Source: Camelus ferus (Eukaryota). Taken from it: a DNA stretch of 64,000 nt. Positions 48,391 through 61,796 of this stretch are shown here, one piece after another. The position numbers and the translations under genes are program-made. The stretch is taken from the NCBI RefSeq assembly GCF_009834535.1, contig NC_045697.1, forward strand, positions 17,610,001 to 17,674,000. Direction: 5' to 3'. The number at the start of each line of letters is the position of its first letter. The stretch's first letter is position 1. The notes under the pieces were generated by a model that was given only the letters and a program-made list of their open reading frames with translations, was not told the origin of the DNA and did no database searches.

Positions 48391-51307
48391 ACTGCAAACT
48401 TTGGAAGTTGGAATTTGTCACACAAGCACTGGGAGCCCTAGAAGGGTCTATTAGGATTAAAGTGAAGTGTGGCTGCCATGGGATAGTGAACCGTTTTACA
48501 CATCAGCATGGCCCCAAGTGCCAGTGTTCAGGTGGACAAGGCAGAAGCCGCATTGCCTTTTATGACTCAGCCTCAGAAGTCATGTACGGCCACCTCCGCC
48601 ACATTCCATTGGTTGTCCGAAAGTCACAGCCCATTTGGATTCTAAAGGAAGGGACATGGACTTTTCCTTTTGATGGGAGAGTGTCGAGGTCACATTGCAA
48701 AAGAGTATTCACAATGTGAGAAGTTTGAGGCCATCTTTGGAAAATAAAATCTGCCCCAATAAAATCACCCATTACTGGTGAAGCAGAACTGAAATTGGGT
48801 TTTTCAGCCCAGACCCCTATTCTTTTGCTGTACCACGCTGATGAGTCAATAGCGTTATTTGCATGAATGAAGGTCCTGTTATTTAAAAGAAAAGTTGAAA
48901 CATAAGGCAAGACGCCAAATTCAGTCTCAATTGAACATTCTCTATATCACAAATGCAGCATAAATATATGTTTTCCATAGCTCTTGCAGAGCAAACAGCT
49001 GCATTTATTTGCGTCCAAAAACATGGAAAAATTCCAAACTATAAGCAAAAGGAAGGAACTCGAGAAAACTACTCAAACTTCTGTAAGTGTAAATCTTCAT
49101 AAAAATAGTTGTAAGGTTGATTAAAGCAGGTGCTGAAACCTTCTCCTTGTCTGAAGCGTTGCACGTACAAAAAATCTCCTTCCATATAACGATGTCATTC
49201 TCTACGTACTGCTTCTGTATTTGTCTATGCAGTCAAACGCCTGTTAAACTTTCTTATGTTAACTTGATCCAAACCCCCCCATCTCCAAAACACATGAACT
49301 TAGTCCCTCTCCTTCTCTCTCTCTCCATGTGCACACAGTCACACACACAAACATACACAAACTTCCCTGTACCCCCTTGGAGTCCTTTAGAGTTCTTAGC
49401 TCCTTTACAGAACAAGTATATTCTCTGTAGCTAAGGCTTGGCTTGGACAAAGTCAGGGCACATACCCCTGTGGACATCCATGAAGTCTACTTTTACTCTA
49501 TGTGAATTCCTTCCTTTTGGCCCATGAATAAAGATTTCATCTGGAAGGAGAATGGGACCAAAGAACCTTATAAAACTGCTCGCCCCTTTCCCCTCTGGAT
49601 CATATTCTATCTCTGGTCTGGGAATCTGCAAATGTCAGGAATGCATTGTTCCCTAAGATTTAGCATTAGCAAGAGAGCTCTTTGAAAGGATTCTATTACA
49701 TCTTTATGTCTTTGCACATAAACTAGGTCTTCTCTGAAAACTCAGCTCCAATTTGATTTGCAGTGAAAACCCCTACAATTGTGGTAAGAATTTTAAGAAC
49801 TAAAGAAGGAAAACATCACTCAGGGCTTACTGTGTGCAAAGCAGCATGCTAGGTGCTTTTCTAGACATACGTGCCTTGGATGGGTTGGCATAAGAGAGGT
49901 AAGATGTGTGCTGTGTGGAGATGGGGCAGATGTGCAGTAAGGAGGAGGTGATGGAAGAGAAAGGGGGAGGTGGAATCAGGGGAGATGAGCACAAGCTGGT
50001 TTGGAAGGATTCTTAGGAATTCCAACAGAGCAGATGATATGCATAAAAGAAGAAGGCTTGGCCTTGAAGTCCTGAATTTCTCTCTTTCTTAATGAATTTC
50101 CTGACTCCTTATAAGTGCCTGTGTGAGGGCCTGATCACCACTGGGTGACCCAGGACTCTCACCTCCACTCCCTCTGCTCCAATCACATGGGCTAGGCACG
50201 CTCCCACCTCAGTGCCTTGGCAATCATTGTTCCTCCTGCTTTGAATGCCTTTCCAACACTGTGAGAGGGACAGCTGCTGTGGTTTTCAGTCCCCACTTAG
50301 CGGTACTTGGTTGTGTCCACTCTAGGAAACTAATACAGACATATCATGGTCTTCACAGAACAGAGATGCTTTCCTGTCCTTCCCTAATATGTCCGGGAGC
50401 TGAACTGAGTCCAGAACGTAAAGAAGGCAAAGAACAAGAAGAGTGGATTGCTCTCCACGTAACAGGCTGGGCAGCAGGCACCCTTTGTTGGGTGACATTT
50501 GTGGTCAACTGAAACGATGAATTACTGCTGAACTTCATCTGCCAGGTGGCTACAGTGTCATGTGCTTAGCTGGTCTGCCTGCCTAACTGAAATGAAGAAC
50601 AAGCATCCTGAACAGCCTAGGACTCCAGCTCTTGGAGCTGGCCTGAGTGCGCTGTTTTGTGACTTCTGTGTTCTCCAAACTGATTGCCAAACAGCCCCAC
50701 TCTGCTGATTGGCAAAAGCAGCCCATCATCTGCCGAACTTTTTCTCGTGTGGGCTCCCAGGGAGTGGAAATTGGCCCACAGCACCTCGTGAGTGATGATC
50801 TCAAGGAGACTTCTCGGGGTGAGGCAGAAGGATTTCTGGGTAGATTAGGAAATTTTACAAAATCTCTTCTGCCTCCTCATCATTAGCACCACTACTATCA
50901 TTTCCATAATCATCTTTATAATTATTTGAAGTGGAAAGGGATCAAGGTACCTGCGTAATGAAAAACAGAAGGGAGAAAAAAATAGAAACCGTGAAGATAG
51001 GTGACTGAATAGCCTCTCTCAGAAATGCACGGCATCGAATGTGATTAGTGAGAACTTGAGGGCATGGGACCCCCGAAAACTTTTCCAACTGAAACTTGCT
51101 CTCTCGTCTTCTTACACCATTCACTCCAGTCGAATTGAATCTCTGACTTCTTCCCATAAAGACTCCCTGATTACCTGCCTCTGGTACTCTGCTTATGTTT
51201 TGCTTTTGACACACCACTCCCATCACAGAATCCTCCATCTGTCACCCCTTCTGAACTTCCAAAAAGCCTTATCTGTACCTGTCTTGGAGATTTTGTCATT
51301 GCCTGCC

Positions 51308-51317
51308 ATAGACAGAC

Positions 51318-51350
<33 letters not shown>

Positions 51351-51354
51351 AACA
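51308..51354. repeat. (GATA)n/(GACA)n compound tetranucleotide repeat
   Basis: Read directly. Confidence 0.95.
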
Positions 51355-51499
51355 GTTTTTCTCCATCTACTAGATTATTAACTCCTTGAGGGACACTTTC
51401 TGTTGCATCCCCTTTGTCCAAGCCACAAAGCATGTGCTTTGAACAGAGTAGGTGCTTCATAAATGTTTGTTGAAAGAATGAGAAACCAGAAATTGACTA

Positions 51500-51878
51500 G
51501 TTCATTTTTAAATAGACATGTTAGTTAAGAGAGAGACCCTATGACCAAGTTCTTGTCTATGGAATGTGAGCAGAAAGGATGTGCACCACTTCCAGACCTG
51601 GCCCATCAAACCTCCACGCCTGACCCTCCATTCTCTTTCTCCTTCTGCCAGCTTGATGCATATTAACACAGTGACCTTGGAAACCGTTGCTGGAAGATGA
51701 CAAAGCTACAGGTTAGAAGGAGCCTGGCTTCTTGAATCGTCACCTGGAGAAAAGGCTCTTACCAATCAGAAACACCATTTTGGGATTTCGTGTCAGAAAT
51801 AAATGTCTACCATGTTAGAGCCATTACACAATTAGGGGTTTATTTGTTACAGTAACTAGGATTACCTTAACCAATATA
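51500..51878 (+). mobile_element. Old MLT1-type LTR
   Basis: GGAATGTGAGCAGAAAGGATGTGCACCACTTCCAGACCTGGCC...GAAGGAGCCTGG...GAAATAAATGTCTA...TTTGTTACAG. Confidence 0.7.
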
Positions 51879-52876
51879 ACAGGTTTTAGTGTTTCCAGAA
51901 AAAAAAGTGCGAAAATCATGACTCTTGTTGTACTTAAGCAACTTGGTTTCCCACTTTGGGCACAAATATGTCTCCTTTCAAGTTTTAAGTTTTGTTGTGG
52001 AAGTATTTAAAGACCATTCCATTTCCAGATACACGCTAATTGGGCAGTGCCCCCCCAGGGCAAGGGGGGCATGACAGTTTGGGGTTGCTCTTCCTAGAAG
52101 CTACCATATTGAGACTTTGTTCCAGGTCTGATAGCAAATGCAGAGGACGTCCCTGCAGCTGCAGGCAGGGAGAGTTTATGGAGATGGGTTAGGAATTATG
52201 ATAAAAAATTTTCTGTCTTAGCGATCATAAACGCAATTCTTCTTGGCATTGATTTACAGAACAAACTTCTAGAGTTCTGACAGGTTTGGGAACGGGAGGA
52301 CCCTCTGGCTCAAGCGGGTCCTACCCGCAGCTGTTGGACTTCATGAAAGCCTCTTACTCTCCAAAGAGCTGTCGCTGATAGGGCTGCTGCTTTTTCTTTT
52401 TTTTGTCTTTTAAAAAGATTTTATAAAAGATTTTTCTAGAGCAACATCCAGACTCCAGATCCAACTGTCGAGAAGACGCTGTTATGTTGTGGGTGCTGGC
52501 TGGCCATGGCCCGTAGCTCTGGCTTCTCACCCTTCTTTTCGGGGTCGGGGTGGTCCACAGTATGTCATCTGTGGGCTCCACAGTGCTCACGTGGTCAGGC
52601 ACTGGCTTCTTAGGGCCAATGTAGTTACCCCAGGAAACATACTTCATTGTTCCCTGTTGCTTTATGGCTTAAAGTCTAAACTCTTTAGTCTGGAATTTTA
52701 GGCCTTCCATGATCTGACCCTAGCTTTTCTTTCCAGTCAAACAAGTATCTGTCCAATATGCTGTACTTTGCCCTGCTTCCGTTCTTTTTCTTGGGCTCAG
52801 CACCATCATATGTATAAGGTTAATAAATATCTGTATGTGTTACATAAGGAGGTATATATGTATGTGTATGTAAAAC

Positions 52877-53200
52877 CCTAGTCAAGGCAAATGAGACTGC
52901 ACTCCAGTGACAAATCAACCTGGAGTCCCAATGGCTTAGCATATAAGAGGGTTACATCTCGCGCGTGCTCCTGACCCATTGTGGGGTTGCACGTGAACGC
53001 TTGCGTTGGAGGCGGTACCCCTACTCCACACCACCCCTCAGGTACCCAGGCTGACAGCCTTTCTCCCATTTGTAGCTGCAGCTTCTGGGATGCGTGGGCT
53101 TCTCTTCCGCTGCAGCAGGAGAGGAGAGACCAAACGAGCCCCGCACTTTCACACACGTCCTATTGGCCAGAACGTGTCATGTGACTCTGACAAAAAAACA
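52877..53200 (-). mobile_element. Old MLT1-type LTR fragment
   Basis: TAGTCAAGGCAAATGAGACTGC...GGCTTAGCA...CCTATTGGCCAGAACGTGTCATGTGAC. Confidence 0.55.
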
Positions 53201-53374
53201 GGGAAGCAGACAAAGCAAATGTCATATTTTGTGAGTATCAGTGTCTTTGCCGTTCTTCCAGGGAGCCTCCCAGGTTCCCTCCATCTGCAACCAGTGTCTC
53301 CTGCCTCTGAATTCTGAATAGCGCTACATATGCCCCTTCCTTGTAATACATATTGTATGGAGGTTGAATGGAGA

Positions 53375-53436
53375 TACATATATATATATACACACACACA
53401 CACACACGCGCGTGCACACACACACAAATATATATC
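53375..53436. repeat. (TA)n(CA)n(CG)n compound microsatellite
   Basis: Read directly. Confidence 0.92.
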
Positions 53437-55109
53437 CATACCTATATTTATATAAAATAGAAATCACTTACTACATGTCAGACACTCTCCTGTCGACATT
53501 TCTTAACTCATTTAAATCCTAATAATAAGCCTATGAGGTAGCTGCTCTTATTGTCTCCGACCTACAGATGAGGAAATTGAGGCACAGAAAGGCTGAGTGT
53601 TATAACAGGAGTCCAGCCCAGCCAGCGTAGTTCCACAGCACATGCTCTGAACTACTCTACCATCTTATGACTTGTCTTTTAAACTTCTTTGTAGCAGGAA
53701 GTAAGATACAAACCTGATTCATCTCTTTATTTCCCATGATGCCAAGTATAGGTTCAGGCACATAAAAGGTCTTCGGGGCATACTGCACACAGCTAGTACC
53801 TTTTCTGATCGAGGTCGCCAGCAGGTCTGCTCTTTTAGTAGTTCTACTTTCTGCATCACTGGATTGCATCTCAGATATCAGGAAGCATTTTAGGACATGC
53901 AATTGTTTCTCCTTAAAAAGCTACAGGTCCTCAAGAAGATAGAAGGGGGTCTTTGGGGACATCTGGGGGACAGCAAGACAGAAGGCAGCAGAAGTTAAAG
54001 GAAGACACTCAGGCAACACTCAAGCCCCTTTATTTATATTGTGTTTGATTTTGTGCTTAAGAGACTGTTAAATTGCAGCAGGAAAGTGCGGCCCTTCAGC
54101 CTATTTGGTCCTTCATTTGAGTCCCCAAACTCCGTAAATAAATCCAGATCCCCAGAGAGGACTTTCCTTTGCTTAAATGTGGATTTCTGGTAAACCCTAA
54201 TCCCCTTCTCCCAGCCGTGAGTCTTCTACAAACTAAATTTAGAAAAATTAAATTACAGCCAAGCGATGCGGCTCCCCAAATGAGACGTATAGGGCAGAGG
54301 ACCTGAAAACCCCAGGGAAAATGTTCGTCAGAGGGAAGTGACAGGGACCCTTGGTCAATCTCACATGTCTACCATCAGAAAGCCAGAGATCTTGTTCATT
54401 TAGAAAGAAATAGGATTGTGCAAACCAATTTAGAAGCATCAGAGCAATGATCTTGGAGAAGAGCCTCGTTCTAATTACGACTCTGTGTTCCAACCAGGCA
54501 TGAAAGAAATCTCAGTTAAAACCTATTTCAGAGGAAGGCATTCCCCAATGTGGCTGTGTCTGATGTCTTACGCATGGTGAGGGCCAGCGAGTCAGGGAGC
54601 AAATTCACTAGAAAAAAAGATCTTAGATGACTAACAAAGAGGGGCTATTCTTGTGTTGCCCTGATGGAAAAATTGGTGGGATCTAGGAATTAATAAGGAA
54701 CTATCATCAGCCCCTGCTTGGTTGTTTTATCCTGAAACTGGGGACTTGTATGTATTTAAATGGGAGGGGCTGGGCGGCACAAGAAGTCTATGCTGAAAAG
54801 ATAGGGGACTAAGTGGTACTTTGTCATTAGTCTACCCACAGGATTGTTCTGCACTATCCAGTGAATGGTAATAAGGCCCAAGCCATCTTAAAATGCACCG
54901 TAGACCATGACCCAAAGTATTTTCTGGACTGAAAAAAAATTCCTGATGTTTTATTAATAACATGTTAGGGATGCCTGGTTTAAAAGGCAATTGGAATTGG
55001 ATGTTGGGATTTAAAGGAAAATGTCTCCATGAAGATGGATGTGATTTTTGTAGAAAAGTAAGGCTGACGTATCAGCGTTTTGTGTCCATCTCAACCTATT
55101 TATAACCAA

Positions 55110-55639
55110 TGTTGTGTTTCGACCAGCCCTTGCGGTTTTATTATAATTACAAGACATTCTTCAACAATAACTACCAGGAAACTTCGGAAAAATAGAGATT
55201 TATTACTTACAGGATCTAGAAATTACACAGCACACCTGGGGCTGCACAGCAAGGTCAGGGGTAAAGACAGACAGAGAGCGCTAGTCTCAGGTTCTGCCTT
55301 TATACGGGGGTCAAGTGCGCTGGCCTAGCGTTTTGAATGCTCACTGTATATTGGTGAATCTGAAACGTAAGAATGAGAATTTAAAGCGTGGAAAGGGGGA
55401 GAGCAAGTGGCCCAAATGGTCAGTTAAGGAAACCAACCAAGCTCCCTAAGACAAAGGAGACTCGGTGAGGGGGCAGGGCAGCCTGGCTCTTTATCTAGGC
55501 TTGTCGCTGGCGGTGTGTTATTGGAGGTCACCATCTGTGAAGTGCCTGCCTCTTTGAAGTGGATGCCTTGGCAATCAGAGCTTAAGTCAGGCACTTGCAT
55601 TACAAAAATGTTTTAAAAACCCCACTGTCAGGGTTTACA
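55110..55639 (-). mobile_element. ERVL-type solo LTR (MER54/MER74-like, subfamily uncertain)
   Basis: On the minus strand it starts TGTAAACC, with TATAAA (55304-55299) followed by GTAAGT-AATAAA (55210-55199). This is U3-R-U5 order over ~530 bp. Confidence 0.65.
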
Positions 55640-55864
55640 GTGTAGTCAGGTTTCGGGTATATTCATTTATTTGGTACATACTTGCTGAGTCTTGAAATGG
55701 GCCAGGGATTGTTCCAAGCACTGGGAGTGCTGTGGTGAACAAAGCAAAGTCCTTTTCCTCATAGAATTTATATGCTGGAGGGAGAGTCAGATCATAAACA
55801 GAAGACAAATAAAGTAATAATTGTGTAATTTCTTACTGAAATAATTGCAATGACGAAAATAAAC

Positions 55865-56260
55865 AGTATCTTAGTCTGTTCAGGCTCCTGTAATAAAATA
55901 TCATAAAAATCTGGTATAAAAAAAAAATTCTGGAGACTGGGTGGCTTATAAACAACACAATTGAATTCTCACAGTTTGGAGGCTGGGGAGTCTAGGATCA
56001 AAGTGCTGGCAGATTTGGTGCCTGGTGAGAGCCCACTTCCTAGCTTACAGATGGCCACCTCTCCCCTGTGTCCCTACATGGTGGAAAGGGAACAAGAGAG
56101 CTCTCTGGGGTCTCTTTAAATGGGTTCCAATCCCATTCGTGGGAGCTCTGCCCTCATGACCTAATCACCTTCCAGATGCCCTACCTCCCAATACCATCAC
56201 ACAGGGGAATAGGTTTCAACATACGGATTTTGAGAGGACACACACATTCAATCTATAGCA
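55865..56260 (-). mobile_element. MLT1A-like solo LTR
   Basis: TCTTAGTCTGTTCAGGCT...GACTGGGTGGCTTATAAACAACA...GCCCTCATGACCTAATCACCT...ACATTCAATCTATAGCA. Confidence 0.88.
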
Positions 56261-56276
56261 GAGTGAGGAATTAGAA

Positions 56277-56785
56277 AGTATTTCAGTTATCTATTAGCTT
56301 ATAACCAACTATACCAAAATTTAGTTGCCTTAAACAATGACTTTTTATTTTCTATGATTCTGTGGGTTAGAAATGCAGGAAGGGCTCAGGTGGCTGGATT
56401 CCTGCTCCATGTAGCATCAGCTGGGGTCAATCACTTGGTCACATTCAGGTGGCAGTGGACTAGGCTGAAAGGTCCAAGGATGTATGCCTGTGTTTGTTGC
56501 CTCACTGCTCTTCCATGTGTGCTCTCTCTACACGGTTATCCCATCATTCCGTAGTCCAGTTTGATCTTCTTTACAGCATGGCAGCTGGCCTCCCCAGAGA
56601 AAACAAAAGTAGACGCTTCCAGGCCTCTTAAAGGCTTGTCCTGGAATGGGCACTCAGCCACCTCTTCCATGTTCTATTGGTCAAAGCAGGTCACAAGACC
56701 AGCCCAGACTCAAGGGTGGGGAAATAGACTCCACCGTCCGACGGGCAGAACCAACGGCAGCCATCCTTGGAAACTGCCTAGTACT
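56277..56785 (-). mobile_element. Older MLT1-type LTR
   Basis: TCAGTTATCTATT...CCAAAATTTAGTTGCCTTAAACAAT...TTCTATTGGTCAAAGCAGGTCACAAGACCAGCCCAGACTCAAGG. Confidence 0.75.
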
Positions 56786-56789
56786 GAAG

Positions 56790-58700
56790 TTGACTGGAGT
56801 GTGGGGAGCAGCCTGTGTTAGATAGAATGATCTCAGGAAATGACGTTGGAGCAAAGACCTGAATGAAGAGAGAGATTGAACCATAGAGTGGAGTGGCGGT
56901 CTCTAGACAGAGGGAAAACCATGAGGACAAAGGCCTTGAAATGGGATATACTTAGTGTGTCTGAGGATTCATAAAAAGGTCAAAGAGGCCAAAGATGCTG
57001 GTAATGTAGCAAAAGAAGACTGAGCAACAGGTTAAGTATGCAATTGATGGAGACAGAGATGCAGTCAGATTACCAGGGGCTTTGAAGTTCATGGTTATGT
57101 CTTCATATTTTATTCTAAATATATAAACAGCTCTCATGGAAGAATAACATGAAATGGTGTATATATCAGGAATCCATTGGCTGCTTTGTGGGAAATGGAT
57201 TAGAGGAAAGGCATATAGATGGAAGAAGGGAGACCAGCTGGGAGCCTTCGTCAGTCATCCAGGTGAGAGATGATGGTGGCTGTTTTGGTTTCTCAGTGAA
57301 AGGAGAAAAAAGACAATCAGCTAAGTGTTAGGTAGAGATTTATGGAGAGAGGAGAATGCTTTAAAATTAGAGTGGAAGAATTTATTGATTAGAGAATGGG
57401 GTAGGATTCTGGGCCCTCACGAAGTATGTGGTCATAGATTCATAAATTTAAAGCAAAATATGGTTGTGTATTTTTCTGTAGTCATTTTTACCTACTAAGG
57501 TACATGTATGAGGTAAATGGAGAATTGGGTTTATCCAAGTGTTTGCTTTTTGCCAGGTGAATAAAAGGGAGGGAGTAAGATAATTTTTTTCTCCAAAATG
57601 ATTGAGAAGTTTAAAAAAATGTATTTAACATGCATTTATATAGTGGCTTCTATGTGCCAGAAACCCTTCTAAGCACTGTACGGTAAGCCACTGGGATCTT
57701 TATAACAACCTTATGAGAAATATACTATTATTTCTCCCCATTTTAAAGATGAGGCAAAGAGGATTAAGGAACTTGTCTAAAGGCACACAGCCAGTAAGTG
57801 ATGGAGCCAGGATTTGAACTTGGCAGTCTGGCCCTGAGCCTGTGCTGCTCACCCCTGCAGTGCTCCTCTAGAGGATCTGCACAGGAGAGGGGCAGTAGGG
57901 ATGCTCGGGAGGGAAGTAGAGATGCAGGGCAAGTGATAGGCAGTGAAGAGTTTGTAGGGCCAGTGGAAATGAAAGTGTTGGTTGAAGTTAGGGTAGTAGA
58001 GGGAATGAGTTGGAAAGATGAGAGGAGGTCATTGAGAGTGGGCTGCCTCTTGAAGGAGAGATTTTGGAGGGGGTGGAGATCTTGACAAGATCTGCAGCAT
58101 GATTCTGGGAATGGGTAGCTGAGATGGGATGAGAAAAAGGACAATTGGAAGATAGGAAGAGGGAGGCTAGATTGTTGGATGAGCTGTCTACATGAGTACG
58201 TAACACATAACTTACCTACATAACTATGCAACATCCTCTGAGAAGGATGACAGGTAGTGGTGGAGAGAAAATGCAATGAGCCAAGCTCATTCAGCCCTTC
58301 ACTGCATGAGGAGGGATGTCTCCATATCAGGAGCCTGGTGGATAAACACAGTGGGAAAGTAGTAGGTGTATGGGCTTCCAGTGAGCTGACAGTTCTGCAG
58401 GAGAGGGAGGCAGAGGCAGGATGGGAAGTCATGGTCTGGAGGGAGAAGTGAGGGGACACCCCATGGCTCCAGGAGAAAGCCAGTGATGACTGCAGAGCGA
58501 TTTAGGGGAACCGCATTCTCAGGGAGTGGTAGGTTTAATAAGAAAAGAGGCTGAACATAGTGGGATTTTGCTGCTGATCAAGCAGGAGTTTTAGAGGCAC
58601 ACTAAAAGAACCTGGAGGGTGGGAAGGGCTGGCTGCTTAAGTCACATCAAGAACTAACCAGAGCTGTGCAGGAATTAGATCAGTGAGGAACGGCCTGGGA
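56790..58700 (-). mobile_element. L2 LINE remnants interrupted by a MIR (~57620-57850); continues at 55660-55860 on the other side of the LTRs
   Basis: GACGTTGGAGCAAAGACCTGAATGA...CATCCAGGTGAGAGATGATGGTGGC, a purine-rich L2 reverse-strand pattern. Confidence 0.6.
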
Positions 58701-59211
58701 GGCTGGCACTCTTTTGTGGTGTCTGAGGTGACAAGGTGGGTCCTGATGGTCTCCTAGGGGTGAAGGATAATTAGTTCTAATTACAGATTCCTTCTTGGGC
58801 TTGGGCTCTGTGGTAACTTTTGGTGGTGGTCAACACTACTCACAATCTCAGCAAGGGCACAGGTGGGCTTCTTTTAAGTCTCATTATCAGTGGTTCCAAA
58901 CCCAAGGAGAAGAGCCTTTCCAAGGCCAAAAGAAACAGACCTTTGCTAAATGAAGCAAAGGTGAATTTATTGGAGGGATATCAAAAGACCCACAGAACTG
59001 ACAAAAATCTAGAAAGCCTGGCTGAGAGATGGGCTGGAGTAAATGGAACCCTGGATCAACGGACAGGGGTGCTGTGGTATCAGTTTTGTAGCAGGAATAG
59101 TCTGATGAACACATCATGAATGTTCTCCAAGCATAATTCATGTATAAATGCACTCACTCAAGACTCAAAGTTCTGGGAGAGTAACCTATTGATTAAATTT
59201 AGATCAGTGGC

Positions 59212-59605
59212 TCTATTAGTCAGGGTAGACTCAGCCATGCTGCAGTAGCATATCAAAAACCCATATCTCAGTAATTTAACCAACAATGGCTTATTTCTTG
59301 TTCAGTCTTTGTAAGTAAGCAGGAGGCTCTCTTCCACTAGGTCACTCAGAGATTCAGGCTGATAGAGATTGTACTGGTTACACTGTCTCCATATATGGCT
59401 TCAAAGCTTGCTGTAGAAGAGGAGGAAAAAAGCTGGAGGGTCACACACTGGCTCTTAAATGCTCTATCCTGGAAATGATGCATGTCACTTCTGCTCACTA
59501 CTGATTGGCCAGAATTAGTCACATGACTCTGCTTAACTATAAGAGGGCGGGACATATGGAGACACACATAGCATTCGGCGGCAAGCAGTAAATGTCCCTG
59601 CCGCA
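59212..59605 (-). mobile_element. Old MLT1J-like LTR
   Basis: TATTAGTCAGGGTAG...ATGCTGCAGTAGCA...CTGATTGGCCAGAATTAGTCACATGAC. Confidence 0.7.
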
Positions 59606-60617
59606 GGAAGACAGAGGTTAGCACTACATCCAAGTGTTCAGACACCAAATTCACACCCTTTCCTAAACTACTACGCTGCCTCCTTAAGGATTATAGGTGT
59701 GTGTGGAGGGGCAGACGGGAGGGTGCGTAGGAGCGTATTTTCTATTTCTGTATATGCCTTCTTATTCCTCTCCAAAAACACTTAACACAGTGTTGGAGCA
59801 CAGAGAATATGCTTCAAATTTCTTTCTGACTGATAGATTGATTGATACGTGGCATAAAAGTTTAATCACAGTGAAATAGCTAAGATCTCCACATTGAATA
59901 AATTCAATTCAGCCAACCCCTGAGAATCAATCTGTACCGCACATCAATTACTGGCACTGAAGAGAAACGACAGAGAGCCCTAATCAGGAGGAATCTTAAG
60001 TTCAGAAATCTTAAGAGGGAATATTATTTCTTTTCTTTTTGGCTATTAAAAAAAGAGCCTTTACTTCTTTGGAAGAAACAAACAATATTAAGGACTAAAA
60101 ATATAGTTTAAAGAGGGGAAATCTATTGCCAAGGTAGAAGGACCATCCTTTGACTCTAATAAATTTTGAGAGCTTTTATGTGATGACTTTTGTTTTCTGC
60201 CACATGTGATTTGGGTGGATGATGATAATGATGACTTTGATGGCGGTTATTTTTGGTAGGATAAATACACAGTAGCCTACAACTATTGGCAATGTCATCA
60301 GAGTTCAAGTGCAGGTCCACTCTTGCTTCAAAGTCCAGCTCCGCATTCCTACTCCCCTGTTACCTCATAACCACATTCTTCCTCCCATCAGACCCCTCCC
60401 TTCTCCTTAAAATGATAACTCTCCATGTGTTTTCTGTGTGGACTGAAGTTGGGAGATGCAGGTGCAGCTCCTTCCAGGACAATGGTCTTCACATTTTTTA
60501 AAGGGCTTCTAATTCCCTGGAGGACAGATTGCTGGGCTCCACTCCCAAAATTTATGACACAGTCATTCTAGAGCGAAGCCCAGGAATTTGCGTTTCTGAT
60601 AATTTGCATTTCCTAGG

Positions 60618-61080
60618 TGTTCAGAGTTGAACAGTCTGTCCTACCACCCCACTACTACCACCACCAATTCATAGCCACCGAGAACCTCAGAAACTGACCT
60701 TATTTGGAAGTAGGATCTTTGCAAATGTAATTAGTTATGATGTAACTAGTTATACTGGATTAGGGTGGGTCCTAAAAATGACTGGTGTCCCTATAAGAAG
60801 AGAAGGGACACGGAGACACATAGGGAGGAAGCCCTGTGACGATGGAGGTGGAGATTAGAGTGATACATCTACACGCCAAGGAACACTGATTGCTGGCAAC
60901 CACCAGAAACCAGGAAGAGACGAGGAAGGATTCTTCTGTAGAGCCTTCAGCAGGGGCCTGGTTCTGCCAAGAACTTGACTTCAGACTCTAGCTTGCAGAA
61001 CCATGAGAGAATAAATTTCTGTTTTTCAAGCCTCCTCAGCTTGTGGTAATTTGTTACAGCAGCCCTAGGAAACGGACACA
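60618..61080 (+). mobile_element. MLT1 solo LTR inserted in a MER5-type element (~60500-61135)
   Basis: TG...CA ends, GACCTTATTTGGAAGTAGGATCTTTGCAAATGTAATTAGTT, intact AATAAA at 61010-61015, GTTACAGCAGCCCTAGGAAAC. Confidence 0.9.
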
Positions 61081-61229
61081 CCAAGCGGTGCTGACGCTTG
61101 TTCGTCTGGGGACCACAACTTGAGAATTACTGTTCTAGGGAAAAAGGAAAGAAAGCCAAGTACCTTTCCACAGGAAAATGTAGAAGCATTTGGGTGATAA
61201 AATCTTTTTGAGAAAAGGGACATTCTAAC

Positions 61230-61682
61230 TCTTTTTGTTTTCTTTTGGATTCTGTAGCAGACAGGTGGGGTTGCCCCAAATCATCTTGTATTGCTTTTGG
61301 GGGAATTGCCCACTGAAATGGTCATTCCAGGAGTTTTTACTCTGAAGCTGAGTCCTTTTTGTCCCTGACCTCATACAGTCAGAGCTGGGCACATGGACTA
61401 TGCTTGGCCAATCACACTCTTTTCTTGGACTTTGGATTGTAAACAAGAGATACAGGCACAAACATACAACACTTACTCTTCCCAGTGCAGGGACCAGACA
61501 CCTGTACGAGGTGGTACTGTGATTTGGTTGTGTAGCTCTCCAGATGAATCCTGCCCATTTTAAGCCAGTTCTCCAGCCTCCTGGAGATTCTGTGGGTCCC
61601 CATATTCTTCTAGTAAACTCTTTTCAGTTAAATTATCAAGTCAGTTTCTGTTGCTTGCATCCAAATAATATAAACTAATACA
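61230..61682 (+). mobile_element. Old MLT1-type LTR
   Basis: CTTGGCCAATCACACTC...AGTAAACTCTTTTCAG...GTCAGTTTCTGTTGCTTGCATCCAAA...AACTAATACA. Confidence 0.65.
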
Positions 61683-61796
61683 GAGTATCTGTTGTTTCCA
61701 TATGTGTCCTTGAAGTGCTCTACACTTAGCTGGGTTGAGGAGGAATAAGGACTTAATTTTTTACCTCAAATTCCCTATCATTCAAACATAACTTTT

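Noticed and set aside
48930..49630. Possible additional LTR (AATAAA at ~49527, TATAAAA at ~49569)
   Set aside because: I could not define termini or a TSD, and the motif order is wrong for a plus-strand LTR.
57764..58459. 231-aa Ser/Leu-rich minus-strand ORF
   Set aside because: It spans MIR and decayed L2 sequence. I saw no recognisable domain or splice support.
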